Program-made: the position numbers and the translations under genes | NCBI GenBank assembly: GCA_963752595.1 | Contig: CAVVYZ010000020.1 | Location: forward strand, 1 to 64,000 | Length of the DNA stretch: 64,000 nucleotides | Reading direction: 5' to 3' | From: an uncultured delta proteobacterium | GTDB taxonomy: Bacteria > Desulfobacterota > Desulfomonilia > UBA1062 | Shown: piece after piece, positions 12,238 through 23,590 of the stretch | Layout: each line of letters opens with the position of its first letter | Position numbering within the stretch: the stretch's first letter is position 1 | The notes under the pieces: model-generated | What the model saw: only the letters and a program-made list of their open reading frames with translations | Told to the model about the DNA's origin: nothing | The model's database searches: none

Positions 12238-12299
12238 TCTTCCCTGTGGAGCAACCTGCATGAATCGAGGAACCAACAAAACAACAAGAGGAGAGAAAA

Positions 12300-13615
12300 A
12301 TGAAGAGGTTGTATGTTTCATTACTTACGCTATTTCTTGTGTTCGTTTTAGCTGTGCCTGTGTTCGCCCTGGAGAACATCTTCGGCGGCTATTGGCGTAC
12401 CCGGGCATATACCCAGAGGGATTTCACAGGCGATGATTCAGAGGCCCTGGATCTCCAGCAGGCAGACACCAGGACCCGGCTCTTCTACACGGCAAAGTTC
12501 TCCGACAACTTCAAGTTCGTCAACCAGTTCGAGATGGACGCAGTCTTCGGCGGCCCAAAAGCGGGCTATGGAGACATCGGCGCTGACGGTGTGAGTGTAG
12601 AGATAAAGAACTCGTATGTGGACTTTTCACTCGCTCCGGTCAACTTGAAGCTCGGTGTTCAGAATTACAAGATAAACAGGGGCTTTTTGTTCAGTGACGA
12701 CTTCGCAGGAGCCGTTGTTACCTATAATGTGAACAAGGACATCGAGGTGCCGTTCTTCTGGATCAAGGCAACGGAAGGATACAGCAGCAACCCCGGTTCT
12801 ACAGCCGATAGAAACAACTATGATGTCGATATCTACGGCATCTATCCCAAAGTCAAGCTGGGTTCTGTCACGGTGAGACCCACTCTCATGTGGGCCACAT
12901 CCAAGGATGCGTCATACTATGCGAATTCCTTAAGCGAATGGAAGGATCAGGGTGGGGCTGATTTTGAAAAATTCAATATGTATTACCTGGGCGCAGACGT
13001 CGATGCGAAGGTGGGACCTGCTACCGTGTGGTTCACCGGCATCTATGAGTTCGGCACCATCGAGAGCCTGGCAGGCGGAGAAGATTATGATGCAAGCGGG
13101 TATCTGCTGGCACTCGGCGCAAAGGCAGATGTGAACAATATCAACCTCCATGGCCAGACCTTCTACGCAACCGGTGACGATAATGCTGCAGACAGCGATA
13201 TCGATGGATTCATGGCACCCATCGGCCGGGGCCAGAGCTACAGGTGGGCAGAGATCATGGGCGTAGGCCCAATCTTCGATAATGATGCGTCAAACGGTTC
13301 TTCCGGCGACGAGCCGACCAATATCCTTGCAGCCAATATGGGCGTAACCGTAAAGCCCATGGAGAAGCTCGCTCTGACCGCCGACCTCTGGTGGGCACAG
13401 CTTGCAGAAGACAACCCGAACGGCGACAAGGACCTCGGCACCGAGATCGACTTCCTTGCCAATTACAAGATCCTAGACAACCTCACACTCGATGTGGTCG
13501 CTGCCTACCTCTTTGCCGGTGATGCAACCACCAAGTGGAACTATGCGGACGGCGTGGCGAAGGATGGCAATGAGAATCCCATGGAGATCGGCACCCAGCT
13601 CGTATCCAGTTCTAA
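12300..13615 (+). CDS. Outer membrane beta-barrel porin (deltaproteobacterial type)
   Basis: Signal peptide, alternating aromatic beta-strands, LGTEIDF motif; a 1-bp correction near 13605 gives C-terminal ..QF-TAA (13613-13615), typical of porins. Confidence 0.75.
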
Positions 13616-13640
13616 GAGTATCATCGATCAAGGAAGGAAA

Positions 13641-13660
13641 CCGGCCCTGCAAAGGGCCGG
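13641..13660 (+). other. GNRA-capped hairpin between porin and rhodanese genes
   Basis: CCGGCCCT-GCAA-AGGGCCGG, no U-tract; possible mRNA stabiliser. Confidence 0.5.
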
Positions 13661-13710
13661 TGATTGGACATGCAGGAGACTTCAAAAGGTAACAATGAAA
13701 GGAGCATACA

Positions 13711-14136
13711 GTGAAGAGATTTTCAGGAAGAGTGTTTTTCATGGTTGCAGCATGCGCAGCTTTGGTTCTGTTCATGGGGATTTCCGCTGCCTCTGCTGCA
13801 AATGTGGGAAGCGTCAAGCCCGAGGAGCTGAAGAAGCTGCTCGAGAGCAAGGCAAACATCGTGGTTGTGGATGCACAGCCGAAAGGCGCCTATGATGTGG
13901 GCCATATCCCGGGGTCGGTCAATCTCCCCTGGATTCCGCAGATCAAGAGCCCGGGCAAACTTCCTAAGAACAAGGATCTCATTCTCTACTGTGCATGCAC
14001 CCATGACGAGGATGCAACCGACCTGGCAAACCAGCTCGTGACGAGGTTCGGTTACACCAGGGTCAAGCTGCTCGAAGGCGGCTGGCTCAAGTGGGTCGAG
14101 TTGAACTATCCCCAGGAAAAGACAAAAAAGAAATAA
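13711..14136 (+). CDS. Secreted rhodanese-like domain protein
   Basis: Signal peptide, GHIPGSVNLP, active-site loop YCACTHDEDA, LEGGWLKW. Confidence 0.85.
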   Translation: MKRFSGRVFFMVAACAALVLFMGISAASAANVGSVKPEELKKLLESKANIVVVDAQPKGAYDVGHIPGSVNLPWIPQIKSPGKLPKNKDLILYCACTHDEDATDLANQLVTRFGYTRVKLLEGGWLKWVELNYPQEKTKKK

Positions 14137-14153
14137 GGAAAGAGGTTGCCAAT

Positions 14154-14801
14154 ATGAAGAAATATCTATCGATACTGGCGCTCGCGCTGGTGCTCGTGCT
14201 GCCCGCGGCCTGCTCGAAGGCCCCGGAGCAGTCGGCACAGAAGGCCGCGGGTGCCGAACAGGCCGGCCCGTACAAGGTGGGGCAGGTAAAGATGAACCCG
14301 CACCCTGCGAGCCTGGAAGGCAAGACCGTGGTGCTCAGGTGGAACGGAAAGTTCAACGGCGACAAGGTCCTCGACAGAGTGGCCGAGCTCCTCGCCCAGA
14401 AAGCTCCGGGAGTGAAGATCGTCAAACTGTGGACAGTGGATCCGGCAACAGCCAATTCATCGGAAGGGGCTGAAAATAGCCTGAAGTTTGCGGAAAGCGC
14501 TCTCTCCCAGAAACCGGATCTCGTGATCGCGGCATCTGCCGATTGAGGGCACTGCACCCCATGGCTGGTAGTTGACCAGCTCAACATTGAAAAAAAGGGC
14601 GTACCCACGGTCACCATAACGACGACGGCATTTAGCGACATGGTCAAAACGACTCTGGATGAGCAGGCTATTGCGGAGATGGCGATAGTTACAGTGGAGC
14701 ATCCCATTGCAGGCCGGAGCGCCGAGGAAACGAAAAAGTTTGCTGACGCGGAATTCCCCAAAATCTTCAAGGCTGCAACGGCATGGCAGCCCACGAAGTA
14801 G
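14154..14801 (+). CDS. UGSC-family selenoprotein 1 (short lipoprotein, D-U-G-H-C), 215 aa
   Basis: In-frame TGA 14544-14546 followed by GHCTPWLVVDQLNIEKKGVPTVTI..., open to TAG 14799-14801; lipobox LPAAC; SECIS-like hairpin. Confidence 0.85.
14564..14580 (+). promoter_or_regulatory. Putative bacterial SECIS hairpin
   Basis: GCTGGT-AGTTG-ACCAGC, loop begins 23 nt after the TGA. Confidence 0.75.
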
Positions 14802-14804
14802 GGA

Positions 14805-15368
14805 ATGGGAGATACAGTCATGAACGCTACTAATATGGGTACAATAGAGCGGAGCACGGTGGGGAAGGGCTGGATAGGGAAGGTAGTCGGCAACGGGTAC
14901 TTGATCCTTGCCTTCCGACTGCTACTGGGTGCAACATTTATGCTGTCCGCTGTGGGCAAGCTCGTGGACATCGAGCGCTACTCGGTGGATGCTGTATACA
15001 ACTTCGCGGTCCTGCCGCTGTGGCTGGCCCGCCCGGCAGGCCTGATCATGCCGTTCATCGAGCTCGGCATCGCGCTGGGCCTCATCTTCGGGGTCCTGAC
15101 CCGGCTGTCTGCGCTCGGTGATGCGGTGTTGAGCCTGATCTTCTTCTTAGTCAAGCTGCACGTGCTCTTCATCCAGGGCAGGGCCATCGACTGCGGGTGC
15201 TTCGGCGCCATCATGACCACGATGGCCTCCGTAACCATCTACATGGACATCCCCATGCTCGTCATGGGCCTGATCATCATGTTTGCCCCGGCTTCTTCTC
15301 GTCACTGGATTTCCCTTGCCCGGTTCGTGCCTCAGAAGCTGAAGGACAAGCTGGATTTAGTCTGGTGA
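14805..15368 (+). CDS. MauE/DoxX family membrane protein
   Basis: Four or five TM segments, FMLSAVGKL, IDCGCFG motif. Confidence 0.85.
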   Translation: MGDTVMNATNMGTIERSTVGKGWIGKVVGNGYLILAFRLLLGATFMLSAVGKLVDIERYSVDAVYNFAVLPLWLARPAGLIMPFIELGIALGLIFGVLTRLSALGDAVLSLIFFLVKLHVLFIQGRAIDCGCFGAIMTTMASVTIYMDIPMLVMGLIIMFAPASSRHWISLARFVPQKLKDKLDLVW

Positions 15369-15518
15369 CGTGCGGTGACTATGCTGCGGTGACCCGGATA
15401 TAACAAATGCATAGTGAGAAGGAAGGCAAATCGTGAAGGCAAAACCACAAGATCGTGTTTGTGGGTGAGAAGCAGGGATTTTAAAATATTTTAATTAGAC
15501 GAAAGGATGGTAGGGAAA

Positions 15519-17279
15519 ATGAAGAAAAGGCAGATGTATAGTCTTACGGCTTTCATGATGATTGCCGCATGGCTCTTAATGCCGGCATGCGCCTCGGCCA
15601 AGGAGGCGGTGCAGCAATGGGAGATGGTCAATCCGGCAGGGGTGATCAAGGTTACGCATATCAAGATGGCGCCCAGGATCGATTCCCTCGAGGGAAAGAC
15701 CATAGCGCTCAAGTGGAACCAGAAACCAAATGGGAACCTCTTCCTTGACCGGATCGCAGAACTGCTCAAGGAAAAGTATCCCACCTCGAAGATCGTGAAG
15801 ATATACGAGTTGGAGCCCACGACCGTTCCCCAGAGTGCGAACGATGCAGATTCAATGCGCAAGGCCAGGCTCATTGCGAAGTACAAGCCGGATATCGTGA
15901 TCGGCGCCCAGTGCGATTGAGGGAGTTGTACATCATGGCTGGTAGGTGACCAGCTCTCAGTCGAAAAATTGGGTATTCCGACCGTAACCGTTTCAACGAA
16001 CGAGTTCATCGGGCTCGCAAGGACGAGCCAGGTAAGCTTCGGTGCTGCTGACATGGCTTTCGTCATCGTGCCCCATCCTCTGGGAATGATACCCAAGGAC
16101 GAGGTAAGAGCCAAGGCGGATGCAGCTTTTAACGACATAGTGAAGGCAGCCACAGCTTGGAAACCGAGCAGAACAACGATTCCTGGTGCCAACAAGGCCC
16201 CGTATCCTCTGGAGACGGTAAAGTTCAAGGGCACCTATGCGCAGTTGAACAAGATGTTCTATGACAACAAATGGTCCCTGGGCCTGCCCATCATCCCGCC
16301 TACGAAAGAGGCGGTAGCGAAGATGCTCAAAGGCACGACCCACAAGCCGAGCGAGATCGTCTGGGATGCCATTCCCCCGAGGAACGGCGTCGTCACGGTC
16401 GAGCTCGTTGCGGCAACAGGCGTCATGGCCGGTGCCAAACCTGAGCACATGCCCCTGCTTCTGGCCATTGTTGAGGCCATGAAGGCCACCCCGCAGAAGG
16501 GGAGGGAATGGCGCGCGCTGACCACCACGACCCACCACACGGCCCCGCTGATCATCGTGAGCGGCCCGATCGTCAAGGAGCTTGGCATCGCCTACGGCCT
16601 CGGAGCCATGGGCCCCGAGATGCCGGTGAATAACGCTGTCGGATACTTCGTCAACCTGCTCGGCGACGTGGCCGGCGGTTCCCGTCCGCCCGATGCGGAC
16701 AAGACGACCCAGGGCTGGGTGGGCAACATCATCGCCACGGTTGCAGGCGAGAACATCGACGCCAACCCGTGGAAGGAGAGCTGGCCGGTTGAGAAGGGCT
16801 TCAAACCCACCGACAACGTGGTCATCTATGCCGGCGGAGGAATCCCCGTCAACCAGAACGACCATGCCAGCGTCGATCCCAAGGACCTTGCCGAGGTCAT
16901 GGCGTATACCATGAACGCCATAGGCGTGAGCCGGTGCTTCCAGGACGGCGGCGTCTGGATGCTGGGTCCGGAGCATGCGGCAACGCTCGCCAGCAAGGGA
17001 TGGACCAAGAAGGACATCCGGGAGTTCCTCTACAAGAACGCCCGTGCACCTTACAGGGTACAGCCCGAAATGGTGGATGGGAAGTGCGCGGCAACCGCGT
17101 GCTGCCCGCCTGCCAGCTTCGGTCCGGTGACGCCCGATACCATGATACCGCTGTGCAAGAACCCGGATCAGATCGACATCGTAGTCGTAGGCGGTCCCGG
17201 TAAGCAGAGCCAGTGGTGGTCGTATACGGAGTTCGGTCCGTTCCCGCCCATCATGACGAAAGTTGACAAGTGGAAGTAG
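15519..17279 (+). CDS. UGSC-family selenoprotein 2 (C-D-U-G-S-C) fused to a large uncharacterised C-terminal domain, ~586 aa
   Basis: ORFs 15507-15920 and 15969-17279 are in the same frame, joined by TGA 15918-15920; signal peptide; SECIS-like hairpin; start could be 15507. Confidence 0.88.
15938..15954 (+). promoter_or_regulatory. Putative bacterial SECIS hairpin
   Basis: GCTGGT-AGGTG-ACCAGC; only the loop differs from the other copies. Confidence 0.75.
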
Positions 17280-17289
17280 TATAAAGCTC

Positions 17290-17326
17290 TTTTCGCCCTC
17301 TCCGGCACATCCGGAGAGGGCGAAAA
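17290..17326. terminator. Perfect 16-bp hairpin, probable terminator or processing site
   Basis: TTTTCGCCCTCTCCGG-CACAT-CCGGAGAGGGCGAAAA. Confidence 0.7.
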
Positions 17327-17499
17327 CCTATAAAAAAGAACGGATTATAGCAAGACAGATGAAAAAAAGGTTTGAAAAAAAGGAAGGGCAGATAAGGGAA
17401 AGGCTCCTTTACTGCAGCCGGATGACTTGTCTATGAGCACCACGGGCAGGACTTCTTAAAAAATGTACCTCACCAAAAGATAGGAACGGAGGATTATAA

Positions 17500-18499
17500 A
17501 TGTCGAAAGAGAATGACAGCAACGACAATGGAATCACCAGGCGTGGATTCATTAAGAACACCGCATTGGCCGGTGCGGGAGTCATGCTCGCGGGCTCAGG
17601 CATTCTCGGCGGATCCAAGCCGGCAATGGCTGCAAGCAGCGGCGATGCAGTGGTCGACGAGATCTACCGCCAGGCCATGGATTTTCATCTGCACTGCGGC
17701 CCGGATCTCATCGAGCGGAAGTATGATGACCTGACCCTGGCCAAAATGTGCATGGACACCGGTCTGACCGGGCTTCATGCTCAAGTCCCACCTCACCTGT
17801 ACCGCCGAGCGCGTGTTCTTCCTCCGCAAGCATTTCCCCAAGATCGAGACCTTCGGCGCCATGGCATTGAACCGCACCTGGGGCGGGGTGAACGTTAATG
17901 CTGTGGAAGTAATGTCAAAGGTCAAGGGCCACCATCTCCGGCAGGTCTACTTCCCGACTCAGGATGCCGAGAATGACGAGAAGACCAAGCTCAAGGAACA
18001 TGTGAAGGTGTTCGACGACGGCAAGCTCACCAAGGAGTCCATGGAGGTCATCAAGTTCTGCGCCAAGAACAAGCTGATCGTGAGCTCCGGCCATCTGTCG
18101 ACTCAGGAAGCGTTCCATCTCGCGGAAATGGCCAGGGAGATGGGCTGCGAGCGAGTGGTATGCACGCACGTCACCAATAGAAGCACCGAGATGAGCGTCG
18201 AAAACCAGAAAAAGATGGCGAAGATGGGCGTCTACCTCGAGTACAACTACCTGCAGATAAACTATTACAAGCAGGACCCGAAGAGCTCGAAAGGCCAGTC
18301 TCCCGAGAAGATTGCCAAATGGGTCAAGGAAGTCGGCGCAGACAACATCATCTTTGCCACCGACTTCGGGCAGGTGGATAACCCGACCACGCCTGAGGGC
18401 ATGAGGATGCTCATTGCCGAGATGCTGAAGCAGGGCATCTCCAAGGAAGATCTCATCAAGATGACCTCCACCAACCCCTACAAGATTTTGAGGGTATAG
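17500..18499 (+). CDS. Tat-exported metal-dependent TIM-barrel hydrolase (DUF6282-like), one frameshift
   Basis: ITRRGFIK Tat motif; DFHLHCGPD, KSH, SSGHLS, TH, TDFGQ motifs; frameshift near 17772. Confidence 0.75.
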
Positions 18500-18583
18500 C
18501 GTAACAAAACGTCAAGGAACAAAACCGCTGTGCCTCTCGATTAAGGGGCAGCGGGACAATGAATAAAAAAGGAGACAGGAATA

Positions 18584-20305
18584 ATGAGGAAGGTATTGCA
18601 GAAACATCTTCTCACATGCATCGTTCTCATGCTGATGCTCAGCCTGCCAATGCTCTCATTCGGCAAGGAGACGGCACAGAGCTGGGAACTGGTGAACCCC
18701 CAAGGGATCGTTAAGGTTGAGCCCATGAAGGTCAACCCGCACCCCGCGACCCTGGAAGGCAAGACAGTGGTGCTCCGCTGGAACGGCAAGCACAACGGCG
18801 ACAACGTTCTCAACCGTGTTGCCGAGATGCTGAACGAGCAGGTTAAAGGCGTCAAGATCATCAAGTTATGGGAAAAGTATCCCGGATACGGTGACGGTGA
18901 GCAGCAGCCAGGAAAAGAGCAAGGACATCGCGAAGAAAGTCGCTTCGTTCAAGCCCGACCTGGTCATTGCTTCACAGACCGATTGAGGGTCCTGTACCTC
19001 ATGGCTGGTAGTTGACCAGCTCAATGTCGAAAAACTGGGTATCCCCACGGTCACCATATCAAGCACCGAGTTCGTCGAGCTCGCAAGAACGACCATGCGG
19101 AGCGTCGGTGCTCCGGATATGGCATTTGCTATCGTTCCCCACCCGCTGGGAGGGATCAAACTGGATGAAATACGTGCCAAGACAACCGCCGCTTCCCGGA
19201 GATCATGAAGCTGGCAACAAAGTGGAAGGCCGAACGCCGCGAGCGTCAGCTGCGGCAAAGACGCCGTATCCTGCGGAGAGATTTACGTTCAAGGGACAGG
19301 TCCGGATGTCACCGACCTTTATTACAAGGAAAAGTGGAGTGACGGCCTGCCCATCGTTCCGCCCACAACCGATCGCGTGAAGAAGATGCTGGCCGGGACA
19401 AGCATGAAGCCGCAGTGAGGTCATCGGCATTATCCCTCCCCGCATGGGTGTTATCACGGTTGAGCTGGCAGCAGTGCATGCCGTGATGGCCGGGGCCAAG
19501 CCCGAGTATTTCCCCGTTATCTTGGCCGCGGTCAGAAGCCCTGCTCGACCCGAAGCACGACTGGCGGTCGGCAACTACGACGACAAACCCCTGTGCTCCG
19601 TTGATCGTGGTCAATGGGCCCATCGTCAAGGAGCTGGGCATCCAGTACGGAACTGGTGCATTCGGGCCCGGCCCGGCTGCAAGCCCTAACGCCACCATCG
19701 GCCGCGCCGTCAACCTCATCATGGATATCGTTGGCGGATCACAGCCCCCGTCCCCTGACAAGACCACGCTGGGGAGCCCTTTCAGCTACACCATGGTGCT
19801 GGGAGAGAACGAAGGTGCTAATCCCTGGGCCCCGCTGAACGTACAGATGGGCGCCAAGAAGGGTACGAGCACGGTCACCGTGTTCGAGGTAAGGAGCTTT
19901 ATCAACTTCAACCTCCACGAGCCCAATACCGCTGAAGGCCTGCTCCATCCGATGGCAAAGACCATTGCCCCGGTAATAGGCCTCGCCGAGAACGGGTTCG
20001 AGTGCAAGGAAGGCGTGAAGGAACTTCTCATCTTAAGCCCCGAGCACGCGGATACGATAAAGAAAGACGGCTGGGACCTTGATCGCGTCAAGAGCTATAT
20101 CCACGAGAACGCGCGCATCTCCATGGCTGACTTCAATATCCGCAACAACAACCGCAAACCGCTCTGCCGGCAGGATGAAGCCAACCCCACTGTCGTAAAA
20201 GGACCGGGGAATTATCTGATTATGGTTGCCGGCGGTGAAGGCAAGCACTCAGTCTTTCTGGAAACCACCAGATACGACCCGGTGACAAAAGAAATCAAGG
20301 AGTAG
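18584..20305 (+). CDS. UGSC-family selenoprotein 3 (T-D-U-G-S-C), long form, several frameshifts
   Basis: TGA 18984-18986 in conserved context; colinear with paralogs after correcting indels near 18882, 19190, 19300, 19410 and 19535. Confidence 0.8.
19004..19020 (+). promoter_or_regulatory. Putative bacterial SECIS hairpin
   Basis: GCTGGT-AGTTG-ACCAGC. Confidence 0.75.
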
Positions 20306-20332
20306 CAATAATCTTAAATCCACCTCTTCATT

Positions 20333-20365
20333 GGTCCCCTCCGTAAAGCGAGGGGACCGTTTTTT
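20333..20365 (+). terminator. Rho-independent terminator
   Basis: GGTCCCCTC...GAGGGGACC followed by T-tract. Confidence 0.7.
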
Positions 20366-20376
20366 CCAAAGTGGGA

Positions 20377-20516
20377 CGCCCGAACCGGGCACGGAGTTTG
20401 GGAAAAAAACAGGAAGGAAGGAGTTCACCAATGAAAAGATCGATGAAAGGTTTTCTGGGACTGGCCATTTTGGGTTTCCTGGTCATGTCCCTGCCCGCTT
20501 TCGCTTAGGAAGCGGT
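20377..20516 (+). repeat. 140-bp near-identical direct repeat (leader + RBS + signal peptide), copy A
   Basis: Matches 34952-35091 with about 3 substitutions. Confidence 0.9.
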
Positions 20517-22188
20517 ACAGAATTGGAAGCTCGTCAAACCAGAGGGGGTCGTCAAGGTCGAGCCGGTCAAGCAGAACCCCCATCCGGCGAGCCTGGAGGG
20601 GAAGACCGTGGCCCTGCGGTGGAACGGCAAGCAGAACGGGAACAACTTCCAGGAGCGAGTGGCCGAGCTCCTCAAGGAAAACGTAAAGGATATCAAGATT
20701 ATCAAACTCTACGAGGTGGAGCCCTGGATGAACATCACGGCGGGCCCGCCCTATATGTCGGCGGCGGATGCCGATCGGATGGCCAAGACCATCGCAAAAT
20801 ACAAGCCGGACCTGGTCATTGCCTCGTATGCCGATTGAGGGTCCTGCACCTCATGGCTGGTAGTTGACCAGCAAAATCTCGAAAAATTAGGCATTCCGAC
20901 CGTTACCGTTGCATCGAGCGAATTTGTGGGCCTGGCCAGGAACACGGCCAAGAGCCTGGGGGCCCTGGATGCGTGTTTCGTTACCGTTCCCCACCCCATG
21001 GGGCTGATCCCCCTGGCGGATATTCGCAAAAAGGCCGACGAGGCCTTCCCGGAGATCCTGAAGGCGGCCACGACGTGGAAGCCGAAGGCAGTCAAGGCCG
21101 TCGCGAACAAGGCCGTCTACCCGGCGGAGAGGATAACCTTCAAAGGGACGCAGCACGACGTGAGCGAATTCTTCTTCAAGAATGACTGGACCCTGGGCCT
21201 GGAGATCGTCCCGCCCACGCCGGAGCGTGTCGCCGCGATGCTTAAGGGCACGACCCGCAAGCCTTCCGAGGTCATCGGCGCCGTTCCCCCCCGGGATGCG
21301 ATCCTGACCGTGGAGATGGCCGCGGTTTACGCCGTCATGGCCGGATGCCGGCCGGAACACATGCCTGTTCTCCTGGCGGCCCTGGAAGCAATGGTGGATC
21401 CGGCCCATGGCTGGCGGGCATCCACGACCACGACCAACGGCGTGGCGCCCCTCTTCGTCGTGAGCGGCCCCATCGTCAAGGAACTGGGGATCCAGTCCGG
21501 TACCGGTGAACTCGGCGGCGGTCAGACGTCGAAACCCAACGTCGCCATCGGCCATGCCATCAATCTCGTCGGAGACGTCCTCGGCGGGTCCAAGTCCCCC
21601 GCCCCCGATCAGTCGACCATAGGCCAGACGGCGAACATCATTGCCATGGTCGTGGGCGAGAACGAGGCGGAAAACCCCTGGGAGCCCTTCAGCGTCGAGC
21701 AGGGCTTCGACCGTAACAAGAGCACCGTGACGATCTTCGGTGTCCGGAGTTATGCCAACCACAACCTCGGCGACGTCAAGACGGGACAGGACTTCCTGAC
21801 CGCCATGGGGTACGTCATGGGTGCCGTGGGCGCCGTCGGTGAGACGACAAAGCCTTGCGCCCCGGGGAACCGGGAACTGGTCCTGATGTGCCCGGAACAC
21901 GCCTCCCTCGTCATCAAGAGCGGGATCAAGACCAAAAAGGAGGTTCAGTCGTTCCTCTTCGAGAAGAGCAGGATCACCCGTTCCCTCCTGTTGACCCGGT
22001 ACTCGGCGAACCCCGGGAAGCTCGCCAACACGATACCCTGCTACAAGGGGTGGGAGAAGTGGGATACGATTCCCCTGGTCGCCAGGCCCGAGGACATCCT
22101 CGTCGTCGTTACCGGAGGACCCGGGAAGCACTCCGTGTACATGAGCACCAATGGGTACGCGCCGGTGACGAAGGAGATCAGAAAGTAA
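20431..22188 (+). CDS. UGSC-family selenoprotein 4 (A-D-U-G-S-C), long form, ~585 aa, with an extra in-frame TAG at 20506-20508
   Basis: Single reading frame from ATG 20431 through TAG 20506 and TGA 20836-20838 to TAA 22188; SECIS-like hairpin. Confidence 0.8.
20856..20872 (+). promoter_or_regulatory. Putative bacterial SECIS hairpin
   Basis: GCTGGT-AGTTG-ACCAGC. Confidence 0.75.
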
Positions 22189-22359
22189 TCCCTGAAGTGG
22201 GATGGGTCCAAGTGACTGCAGTCGGGACATCCCGTGGATAAGGAGTGAAGTTTTAAATTTCGGCTCTCGTTACAGACCTGTAACGGGAGCCGATAAATTT
22301 AGAATTCAGTCAAGGAGGAAAAGTAATAAAGATGCGAAACATCAAATGGCTGCTGTTTT

Positions 22360-22962
22360 CGCCGCGAGCGTCACTGCGGCAAAGAAGCCGTACCCTGCCG
22401 ACCGGTTCACGTTCAAGGGCACGGTCACGGATGTCACCGACCTTCCACAATCGAGCGGGTCAAAAAGATGCTTGCCGGCACGAGCCGGAAACCGGGCGAT
22501 GTCCTGGGCATCATCCATCCCCGCATGGGAGTCATCACGGTTGAGCTGGCAGCAGTCCATGCAGTCACGGCCGGTGCAAAGCCAGAGTACCTTCCCGTCA
22601 TCGTAGCGGCGGTCGAAGCACTGCTCGACCCGAAGCACGACTGGCGCTCCGCCACCACGACCACCAACCCCTGTGCGCCGCTCAACGTGCAGATGGGCGC
22701 CAAGAAGGGCACGAGCACGGTCACCGTGTTCGAGGTTCGGAGCTTCATCAACTATATTTTTGAAAATGCCCGCATCTCCATGGCAGACTTCAATATCCGG
22801 AACAACAACCGCAAGCCGCTCTGCCGGGAGAATGAAGCCAACCCCACGGTTGTCTCCTCACCCAACTGTTATCTGGTGATGGTTGCCGGCGGCGAAGGTA
22901 AGCACTCGGTCTTCCTGGAAACCACCAGATACGACCCGGTAACGATAGAAATCAAGAAATAG
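22360..22962 (+). pseudogene. Internally deleted partial duplicate of selenoprotein 3 C-terminal domain
   Basis: Segments nearly identical to 19237-20305 joined across three deletions; no Sec domain or signal peptide. Confidence 0.8.
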
Positions 22963-22987
22963 AACTCAATAAGTACACACCTCCATA

Positions 22988-23022
22988 GGTCCCCTCCGCA
23001 ACAGGAGGGGACCGCTTTTTTT
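22988..23022 (+). terminator. Rho-independent terminator (homologous to 20333-20365)
   Basis: GGTCCCCTCC...GGAGGGGACC followed by T7. Confidence 0.75.
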
Positions 23023-23055
23023 CGATTCGAAAGTAGAGGTATGATTGGTTTCGTC

Positions 23056-23335
23056 AAGAAGCCGTTTTCAGAGAACCGGTCACACCGGCCGGAATTTTGG
23101 AGTGTTTGCAAGTCATAGTACGGGCATCTCTCCCGTCAAGCGTCATTCCTTCGGGTGAGTGGAGCTGCATGTACTGCCAGAGCGAAAAGGGCCTTTGTTC
23201 ATGAAAATCTTCGGGCAGCATGCTCGACGGATACTGCCCGGGCAGGTGATATGCTCTGGACGTAAGAACAGTTACTCAATCTCCACAATAAAACCACAAA
23301 ATGATCACGATATCATCATAATCGGGAGGTAGAAA
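23056..23335 (+). repeat. Diverged ~250-280 bp upstream regulatory repeat, copy A, ending in a 4 x 11-bp box array
   Basis: Aligns with 34651-34903 (AAGAAGCCGTyTTCAGAGAACCGGTCAC...GGTGAGTGGAGyTGCAT...AATCTCCACA); CA boxes at 23284, 23295, 23306, 23317. Confidence 0.8.
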
Positions 23336-23590
23336 TATAATCAAGATTTTTGGATCGTCCAAAAATCCCTCCTCCCAAACTTCTTCTTTTTGTTTCTGCC
23401 CGTCGAAGAAAGAAGAAGTTTGAGCCGGGGGACCAGGAAACGTTTCGCGGCAGCGGAAGGAGCTTAAGTGCGGAAGGCGCGACTCCGGCACAGGGTGTGC
23501 CATGGTTGTGCGGTCTAAAGGAAAGGATTGAACCTTGGCCTCTGCTATCCAAGGGGCAGGGAGAATGCCTATTTCGAGAAAGGAGAAAAA

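Noticed and set aside
13615-13895. C-terminal extension of the porin ORF with several Cys
   Set aside because: Artefact of a 1-bp frameshift; it overlaps the rhodanese gene and removes the terminal Phe.
19410-19425. Possible second in-frame TGA in selenoprotein 3
   Set aside because: It is out of the true frame (AGT GAG GTC = S-E-V by alignment with paralogs) and has no SECIS-like hairpin.
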